Shown piece by piece: positions 56,801 to 64,000 of a DNA stretch of 64,000 nt (the stretch's first letter is position 1; each line of letters opens with the position of its first letter). Origin of the DNA: an uncultured Planctomycetaceae bacterium (lineage in GTDB: Bacteria > Planctomycetota > Planctomycetia > Isosphaerales > Isosphaeraceae); contig CAWIAD010000001.1 in the NCBI GenBank assembly GCA_963833985.1, positions 640,001-704,000 on the forward strand. Direction: 5' to 3'. The notes below the pieces were generated by a model. It did not search any database, had not been told where the DNA came from, and saw only the letters and a list, made by a program, of their open reading frames with translations. The position numbers and the translations under genes are program-made.

Positions 56801-59182
56801 TCCCGGCCTCCTTTCGGCTTGCCCGCGCATCGGCCGCGCGCAGGAGCGCTTCTAGGTACGCCAGCTTGAATGGTCCGAGATCCGCCAGGAGTTTCAGCGC
56901 CTGGGCAGTCCAACTGCCGTCTCCGCCCAATTGCATCGGCGACAGGTCCAGGACTGTGGCAGGACACATCTCCCCGCCACCGAGATCAACCTCGGGCATC
57001 TGATCGCCGTCGCGAACGCCAAGGGCGAAACGAATCACTGTGTCAGTCGGCGGTTCCTCGCCAGGAAGCGCCCGGATCACCAGTCGCACTCGGCCGTGGT
57101 GGGCGGCGATCAGGTAGGCTACGGCGAACGGCCAATCCTCAAGGTTTTGCAGTACGGCCAAGGCCGAGCCGAGTTCATGTCGGAATTGTTTCCGACCGTA
57201 ATTCCCGTAGTTCAGTCGACCTCTGCGACCGGATTTGGCAAGCAACCTGGATGGGTCAGGGTTCTCAGGTTCATACATTGCCTTCTGCGAAACCGGAAGC
57301 GCCTTTCCAACGTCGTGCCATTGAGCGGCTCTCACGAGTTGACTTTGCCATCCGTCAAGCCATTTGCCTAGTTGGTTGCATATTCCGGACATTTCATAGC
57401 AGACGTGCTGGGTGTGCTCTTCAATGGTCAGGGCAACCGGAATGGTCGATTTGGGATCAGAATTGACGGCTTCCTCGTTCACTTTTTCTTTCGGTGGTAG
57501 CGGCGTTACTGTCTCCTTGCTTTCTTCATCCCAACCTCTTCCGGTCGCCGACACAGTGTCCCAGTCATAGCCACCAGCCGTAACCGGCAACAGTATCGTC
57601 AGACCGGGCCGGATTTCATGTTTAGGGTCGCGCACTTGCCGCCACCGGTCATCGAGGTAGTCCCAGACGAAACCTTGGACCTTCTCCTTGTTCAGGAACG
57701 CCTTGATGCTTCCGACGGGCACGTTGCACAGTTCCCGTCGCACTGGCGACACCTCCCAACTTTCTGCCGTTATGTCTCGCCAGAAGACTTGGACGTCGCT
57801 GTCCGGGTCATCGCCACGGACGAACCTCTGGATGTCGATATCGTTTCCGGACAGATCTGGTGCTGTGTCAAACAGATCGAGCAGGTCCTTGCGGCGAAGG
57901 ACGTGAGTGTGCATGAAAGGTAGCGTGATGGATCGATCTCGTTTGAAGTCGTCGAGAGCCCTTGGAGACACATCACATCCACCGAGGGCAACCAACTGCT
58001 CGCGAGCGAACGCAAGGGCGACCGGCTCGTACGGGGCCGCTCGCTTCTCGGTGTCTAGGTCGATCCAGAAGACGCGTCCGGGTGCATCATCGCCCGTGCG
58101 GTTACATCGGCCGATGCGCTGCACGACGCTAGCCCAGGGAGCCAGTTCCGTAATCAACGTGCGGGCGGAGATGTCCACTCCAGCCTCGACGACCTGCGTG
58201 GCTACAATGATTCGGTCCGATTTCTCGTTCGTAAGCTTGTCGTTCAGGATTTGCCGCTCGGCAGGGCGAAATCGTGAGTGGATGAGCAAGACATCTTTTG
58301 GAGCAGCCATGTCTTTCTTGATGGCTGCGTACAAATCATTCGCTCTCGCAACTGTGTTCATCACAACGAGAGTCTGCGTACCGGCCACGTGGTGCCTTAC
58401 GACCTGGTGCGAAACTTCCTTCCCATCCGCGGTCGGGTTAACCATCAAGGGCTCGAGCTTTTTCTCCGCCGTCATCCGCTTGTAAAGGGATCTCTTCGGG
58501 TCGTAATCATCATCGGATAATTCCAGCGCCCCATGAGGAAACCGACCAGCAAAATCAATCGTATCGAGCCATTCCGGCTCCAGCGTGGCTGACATCCAGA
58601 CCGACGTGCAGGAGCCGGAGGTGCCCAGCGCGGCTCGTAACCCCGCCAATTGTGCGGATGTCGATACACCAGCGCCCATGAGCTGAGGTTCGTCAAAAAC
58701 CCATACGCAATCGTTGTTCAGCATGCCGAAGTCGATTGGCCAGTGGAACCGACTGGCGGAATACCCGCGATTGAGTGCACGGGACAACAGCATGTCCTGC
58801 GTGCCAATCAAGATCGCTGGTCTCTCTGGGTGCAAGTACCAGTCAGCCGTGTCCACGCCTCCCATCAACACGTGGACCTCTACCGCATCGACCTCTCGGC
58901 CCATATTACTGATCCAGCCGCGAGCCGCCCTTTCTGACTGCTCCACGAGGACTCGCATCGGTAAGCAGTAGACTAGCCGTCTCGGTGTCGGCTTGCCGCT
59001 GTGGAAAAATCGCCACAACCACCCGAGGACTGCCGTAGCAGTCTTCCCGGCTCCGGTGGCGCGCGAACGAGATGCGGGGTCGCATCCGCCTCAGCGAAAC
59101 GCTGCTGGTATGGGAAGGGCATCCGTCCATGTGGCTCGGAGTCGGATCGCGTCGCCTGTTTGAAAAAATCCAAGTAAGTCAT
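56793..59182 (-). CDS. cas3: Type I-G Cas3 helicase with C-terminal HD nuclease (frameshift near 59060)
   Basis: PFPYQ, split Walker A RAP-GAGKT, RRLVYCLPMR, DEPQ, SAT, ATQVVEAGVD, QRIGRCNR; HD motifs HDVGK, RHE and HHG at the C-terminus as in I-G. Confidence 0.95.
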
Positions 59183-59408
59183 GAGTCATCTCGCAAGGAT
59201 TCTACCAGGGCGTCGTAAGGCTAATCTTGTCGCTTCACGTGCGCGGTTCCACATGAAAGCATGTATGATGTAATTCTGTTACCCCGCAAGTTTTTGATGG
59301 ACGCAATGTACCGAGCGTGAGTGGCCCTGCCGTTCGCCTGAACTATGGTCTCGGACGCAAGGGCAGAGGCTCTGGGGCTGTGGTCGTCCGGGATCGAAGG
59401 GCGGTTCG

Positions 59409-59618
59409 TCAACGGCGAGGCAAACGTTGTCGCTTCCGAAGGTTTAGCAATCGCCGGAGTACCTGCTCCTCATCGGCCTCGACTCTCCGTTGGCGTAGCA
59501 TTTCTAGGAAGCGGTTACGTAGGGTAGGATTAACGAGAATCGTGTCCGCGGATGCGCCGGTTCCGTCCCGGAAGGAGGTGTAGGTCGAAACAAGCTGTTC
59601 ATCATCGAGTGGTTGCAT
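59409..59618 (-). CDS. 69-aa hypothetical protein upstream of cas3 (candidate CRISPR-repressed toxin or regulator)
   Basis: Strong GAGGAGG SD, ATG at 59618, own sigma70-like promoter; helical with basic tail LLNLRKRQRLPRR. Confidence 0.72.
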   Translation of the reverse strand: MQPLDDEQLVSTYTSFRDGTGASADTILVNPTLRNRFLEMLRQRRVEADEEQVLRRLLNLRKRQRLPRR

Positions 59619-59630
59619 GGCAAGCCTCCT

Positions 59631-59653
59631 CAATCACTTTTCCGTTCTAGTAA
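59631..59653 (-). promoter_or_regulatory. Partial protospacer with PAM targeted by the mini-array spacer
   Basis: TTA|CTAGAACGGAAAAGTGATTG versus spacer CTAGACCGGCAAAGTGACTG, 17/20 identical. Confidence 0.78.
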
Positions 59654-59664
59654 ACAACAACTAG

Positions 59665-59694
59665 AGTTTAGTCGCGCACCATTCGCAGCGTCAA
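59665..59694 (-). promoter_or_regulatory. Sigma70-like promoter for the small ORF (and possibly the cas operon)
   Basis: TTGACG (59694-59689), 18-nt gap, TAAACT (59670-59665). Confidence 0.62.
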
Positions 59695-59713
59695 CACCCC
59701 AAAATGTGAACGT

Positions 59714-59822
59714 CCACTTTTCGCCTCGGGTGCGTGGCCCCATTGAAGTCTAGACCGGCAAAGTGACTGTACCCGAGAGGGTCTACACCCCACGGCCCAA
59801 CTGGCCGTGGCCCCATTAGTGA
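59714..59822 (+). ncRNA. Mini-CRISPR / crRNA-like RNA (CreA/CreR-like): degenerate repeat, 36-nt spacer, degenerate repeat
   Basis: R1 59714-59749 ends GGCCCCATTGAAGT (21/36 identical to array repeat); spacer 59750-59785; R2 about 59786-59822 with hairpin CCACGGCC-CAACT-GGCCGTGG then CCCCATT. Confidence 0.8.
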
Positions 59823-59855
59823 ATAAGCCATGCCATGGACGCATAGTTCCTGGCA

Positions 59856-60863
59856 TCATGAGCCCGGAGTGCATGAAGAAACCTCGTTTCGGTAGTTCCC
59901 GGCCATGGCGCTCGCGTCGGCCTGGACCATCGCGGCGAGCTCTTCGGGTTCCAACACCTTGCAGTCGGGGCCCCAGTACATCACCCAGCGCTTCAGCTCG
60001 CGCAGGTCGTTGACCACGAGACGAAGGACCAAGGCGCCGTCGTCCTGCGGCTCGACGACCTGGCTGGAGTGCCATTGCTTCTCGCGGATCCGGCCGGCAT
60101 GGGCGGGCGTGAATCGAAGCGCGACCTGATACTGGCCGTCGCCCCGGATCGTGCCGAAGCTGGCCGCCATGTAGTCCCTGACCTGGAAGTCCGGCGGGCG
60201 GACGAACGAGGCTCCCGTCTCCTCGGCCGAGCGCAGCGCGCTGCACCTTGAAAAAACGGATCTCGCTGCGCAGGTGGCAAAAACCGATCAAACACCAGTC
60301 GTCGTCGGCCGCCAGGGCCAGGGCGTACGGGTCCACCTCCCTGCTCGCGACGGAGTTCCGGGCCGCCGTCCAGTAAACCATGCGCACCCGGCGTGACTGC
60401 TGGACGGCCGCGACCAGGATGCGAAAGACGCCGGGATCGTAGGACGTCTGAACCCGCGGCAGCACGTCGAGACAACCTGACAGGTCCTCCAGGGACACCT
60501 CGACCTGCTCGGGAAGGCTCCGGGCGATCTTCTTCAGCGCCTGCCTCAGGTCGTGCTCGAACGGCGTACCACGATACAGGTTCATCACCTGGGCCGAGAT
60601 CAACAGCGCCACCAGCTCGCCGCGCGTTGCCGCGAAGTACGAGAGTCTGTAGGACGAATCCGCGTAAAAATAGCCGTTCCGCGCCTATCAAATTCCAGAG
60701 GGGCGCGCAGGCGGTTGCGCATGAACTCGATGTCCCGCTGGACTGTCCGGGCCGAGACCTCCATCATCCGTCCCAGGGTCCGGGCGTTGGGATACTCGCG
60801 GCCCAGAACGGCCGAGTCGATCACCTGGACCCGTTCGATCGGGGGTCTCGTCGATCCGCGCAT
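59856..60863 (-). CDS. HTH-WYL-WCX transcriptional regulator (several frameshifts)
   Basis: HTH LGRMMEVSARTVQRDIEFMR, WYL REVDPYAL...WCLIGFCHLRSEIRFFK, WCX REKQWH...WVMYWGPDCKVLEPEEL spread across three or more frames. Confidence 0.88.
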
Positions 60864-61400
60864 TGTCGACGCTTCCTGTTCCAGCTTGCTCTGCCAGTTC
60901 GCGCTCGCCGCTCGCTGAACGGCCGTTGACGCAAGGCCCCGCGTCTGCCTTCATCGTAGCGGGGGGGGTGCGACAACGATGGTCGTGGCAAGAAAAAATC
61001 AAAGTAAGAATGTCCTGGTCTGCGTGTGCGTGCGGCGGGACGAGGCCGCACCCCCGCCGGCTCGAGCCGGTGCCTCTTCACTCGGATCAACGACGAACTG
61101 TACGCAAGACCAGATCGCACCGTATCACGCGCAGCGGTGAGTGTCAACAACCATGGAGCAAGGGCAACTGGCGGAGGCGGACGGCACGAGTTCAAGAAAA
61201 TGGGAGATTTTGGAAAAAAACCTCAAGGGAGGCAGATCGTTCGGTCGCGGGTAGCGGATGCTAGTAGATAGGGGGCATTCTCAGCGCGGGCAGGGCCGCG
61301 CGGCGTGAACCGCGGAAGATCGACGAGAATGCCCGCAGCTTGATCCGTGGTCAGAACGGGTGGCGGCATCCAGAGCTGCACGAAAAACACGGAGCGAAGC

Positions 61401-61488
61401 CAATTTTCATGATCTACATAACTCTTACGCCATAAGGACTTACGTCATGAAATTGGGTTCCGCGACGATCGGGAACGAACCCAATTTC
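61401..61488. repeat. Nested inverted repeats
   Basis: CCAATTTTCATGA...TCATGAAATTGG and GAAATTGGGTTC...GAACCCAATTTC share an arm. Confidence 0.55.
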
Positions 61489-61904
61489 GCGACGGGAAGT
61501 GCCGGGCTGGGCCGCCGCACGGTCCGCATGCGCTCGATGAGTATGCCGGCAGGACCGGCGGTCCCGAGGAGGCGGAACACGATCAAGTGGGCCTGGAAAG
61601 AAGAGATCAACCCAGACGCCGCCGGGCGCATGCAATCACGGTGCCGACCGCGACCGGGAAAGTAATCAAGGAGTACTACAAGGAACAGCCCACGGGACCG
61701 CACGCCGGTGATGTCTTGCAGCCGATTCGCCCGCTTCCACAAGGCCCCACCATCTCCACCGCCGGGGAAGGCTCGCAAACGGCGCCCCCGGTCCGCGCGG
61801 CCACGGCGCCCCTTGATATGTCAAAGGACGAGATATGTCAAAGGCCGAGCTGGAGCGCGCTTCGACAGCTCCGCCTGAGTTGATCATCCCGAAGGAGCCA
61901 TTGA

Positions 61905-62075
61905 ATGAGCAGCGCGGCCCTCACCTCGTCAGCGGTTCACCGGCCAGCGGTCAACCCCTGGCTCGTTGCCACAGCCGTGGTCGTGCCCACGTTCATGGAG
62001 TTCCTGGACATCACGGTCTACGTTACCTCCCTGCGGTACATCGCCGGCGGGCTGTCGGCTACGGAGGTCGATTGA
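61905..62075 (+). pseudogene. Truncated DHA2 (EmrB/QacA-like) MFS transporter N-terminus
   Basis: GAAGGAG SD then MSSAALTSSAVHRPAVNPWLVATAVVVPTFMEFLDITVYVTSLRYIAGGLSATEVD*, resembling TM1 of DHA2 exporters. Confidence 0.7.
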
Positions 62076-62077
62076 GC

Positions 62078-62190
62078 CTAAATAGCTCCCCGTAAGAGGG
62101 AAAGTGTGGAACGGCCGCCCTCGGCCGTCCTGAGCCAGCCGAGGGCGGCTGGCCCACATTCCACATTCCAAGAGGCGAGGATCTATTTAG
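62078..62190. mobile_element. Small MITE/REPIN-like element
   Basis: Terminal inverted repeats CTAAATAGCTCCCC / GAGGATCTATTTAG (12/14) enclosing the REP palindrome GCCGCCCTCGGC...GCCGAGGGCGGC. Confidence 0.55.
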
Positions 62191-62866
62191 CGCTTTCCGC
62201 GGACACGGTAGCGCACTGGACGCTGGTGTCCAGTTTACCAGGGCCGGTGCTCTCGACAAGCGTGACGTACGCGAACGCCGAATGAGCCGGCTGCGGGTGT
62301 CTCGTGGTCGTCGCTTGCGGAGTCGCGCGGCCCCGGTCCGGTGCTTGCAAACCTGTGTCTGCCGGGCGCGTCACCGGGAGTGCCAGGAATGAAGCGGCTC
62401 ATGTGATGGCCAACACAGCGGCAATATGAATTGAATTTCACGCAATACAGTGTCCATTGCCATTCACATCTTGCAGGATTCTTCATGAAGTCGCCTTGCG
62501 CTTTGCGGCTCTGCTCACGGCGGAAAGCTCGTTTTCAGCACTCTTCTCTGGCTGGAGGAGCGGTCGAAGCTCGAGCTTCGTTGAATTGGTACGGCGGTTG
62601 CTTGACCACGTGCTCGAACTGCCCGGACACCGCAGGTGGACGTTTTCCATCAGCGCCAGCCTGGGAAGCAAAGACTGCCCGCGTGGAACGACAGCCGGGT
62701 GTCGTATGCCAGTGCACACCGACAGGGGCCGTCTTTGAGTTGATCGTGCACCCAAGAACATGCAGCCCGCGACCTGGCACACGGAAATGCACAGGTCGAT
62801 CGTGCAGGAAAACGTGGCAGGTTTGCGCGACCGAAACATTGACGAATTCCAATGGAGCGAACACTC

Positions 62867-63379
62867 ATGAATCGCAACCGCAAGAGGCAGAATCGGTTTC
62901 CGGATTTCGAGGCGCTCGAAGGCCGCCTGGCTTTGAGCGCGGGCATGGGGCTGGGAGTGGCAGAGGGACTGGTGTCCCATCACTCCCATGCTCTGATCAC
63001 GACTCCCGTCGTGCACAGGGTGCCAGTCTCCTTCAGAGGGCACGTGTCAATCAGTGGGTCGACGGTCACGACAAGCCTGACGGGGACGATCGGCAGGGAC
63101 CACTTCACGGGCCACGGCAATGGAACGGCATCGGGAACGCTCTTCGAAGGCGGCGATGTCTACCTGAGCAACAGCAGGGGCAGTGTCACCTTGCAGCTCA
63201 GCCCCGTCTCCGTGACGCACTTCGGCAGGCGTACAAGGCAAACGGTCGCCGTCGTCGCCCTCGAGTCCACTGGTAAATATGCTGGCTACCAGGGAAGCAC
63301 CGGGACACTGACGAGCTGGAATATCCGTGCAACGCCCAGCGCGACGTCGACCTTCAGGGGTGTGTTCAACATCGCTTGA
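62867..63379 (+). CDS. Secreted protein with planctomycete LEPR/LEGR-type signal motif
   Basis: MNRNRKRQNRFPDFEALEGRLALS; Ser/Thr/Gly-rich beta domain. Confidence 0.75.
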   Translation: MNRNRKRQNRFPDFEALEGRLALSAGMGLGVAEGLVSHHSHALITTPVVHRVPVSFRGHVSISGSTVTTSLTGTIGRDHFTGHGNGTASGTLFEGGDVYLSNSRGSVTLQLSPVSVTHFGRRTRQTVAVVALESTGKYAGYQGSTGTLTSWNIRATPSATSTFRGVFNIA

Positions 63380-63535
63380 TCGCGCCGGGCCGCGGTGCGG
63401 ATGACGCCGCCGGAACTGCAAGAGCGTGTCACTTCCGGATGAGGTAGAGGCTGTCTCGGGTACGAACCCCCGCAACTCGGCCTCGAGCGGGAGCAGGCAC
63501 CTCGGGATCGCCATGCGCCTCGGAGGCTGAGCCGC

Positions 63536-64000
63536 TCACCGCATGATCCGGGGTTCGAGCCAGCGAGCCAGGTCATCGAAGACCTGCTGGCGGCCGAGCT
63601 CGTTGAACGGTTCATGGAGCATCCTGGGGTAGAGCAGGAACGTCTTGTCGTCTGATCCCAGCCGGTCAAAGAAATCCCGGTTGGACTGCGGGCTGACCAC
63701 AGGGTCCTGGCCGCCGATGAGCATGAGGATCGGCAACTTGATTTCGGCCGCCCGAGCCAGCAGCATCTCGCCTCCTTCCACCATCCCGAAGAAAAGCGGC
63801 GCGCTGATGCGGTTGTGCCGCAGGCCGTCGGACCGGTACATCTGCTGCATCACCGGGTCGCGGGTCATCCATGCACTGGGTGCATCGGCACGCAGGGTGA
63901 TCCAGGGTGCCAGAGAGAGCAGCACCTTGCCGAGTTTCAGCTTGGCGGGGGCCACAGGCATGGCGATCCGGATCGAGGGGTTGGAGGCGATCAGTCCCAC
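63536..64000 (-). CDS. Alpha/beta hydrolase, lysophospholipase/monoglyceride lipase-like (C-terminal part)
   Basis: LPILMLIGGQDPVV, YPRMLHEPFNE catalytic Asp/His region. Confidence 0.85.
   Translation of the reverse strand: MGLIASNPSIRIAMPVAPAKLKLGKVLLSLAPWITLRADAPSAWMTRDPVMQQMYRSDGLRHNRISAPLFFGMVEGGEMLLARAAEIKLPILMLIGGQDPVVSPQSNRDFFDRLGSDDKTFLLYPRMLHEPFNELGRQQVFDDLARWLEPRIMR

Noticed and set aside
59221..59412. 63-aa ORF overlapping the stop of the 69-aa gene
   Set aside because: TTG start, no recognisable motif and atypical composition; cannot be supported, though a coupled second peptide is not excluded.
59714..59822. Mini-array read as a tracrRNA or a decayed ordinary array
   Set aside because: Type I systems use no tracrRNA. 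The retained handle, compensated hairpin and PAM-flanked local target argue for a regulatory guide rather than random decay.
59668..59855. ORF 59668-60612 running through the mini-array
   Set aside because: Out-of-frame tail of the frameshifted WYL gene; the real C-terminus ends at 59856.

Overview
GC-rich bacterial DNA, most likely a planctomycete (Isosphaeraceae-like), judged from the Bat/MoxR operon, DUF1570 and ThuA proteins, an LEGR-motif secreted protein and planctomycete-type REP palindromes. Many single-base frameshifts hit otherwise intact genes and look like long-read errors. Bases 1-41.7 kb are core genome: GH51, a BtuF-like protein, an M16 protease pair, mntH, the moxR-batABDE operon, pxpBAC, two GT-C glycosyltransferases, fabI, mutT, tig-clpP-clpP, tRNA-Gly, csrA and tRNA-Pro. 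Bases 42-61 kb hold a complete type I-G (I-U) CRISPR-Cas locus on the minus strand: a WYL regulator, a small ORF, cas3, csx17, csb1, csb2, cas2, cas4/cas1, a leader and an array of about 101 repeats. The main finding is a hidden one-spacer mini-array upstream of cas3 (59714-59822), on the opposite strand and made of two degenerate repeats. Its 36-nt spacer matches 17/20 nt, next to a TTA PAM, in the promoter/5'UTR of a 69-aa orphan gene that precedes cas3. This looks like a CreTA/CreR-style Cascade-guided repression circuit in a type I-G system. The right end carries efflux-pump gene debris, a small REP-containing element, a secreted protein and an alpha/beta hydrolase.
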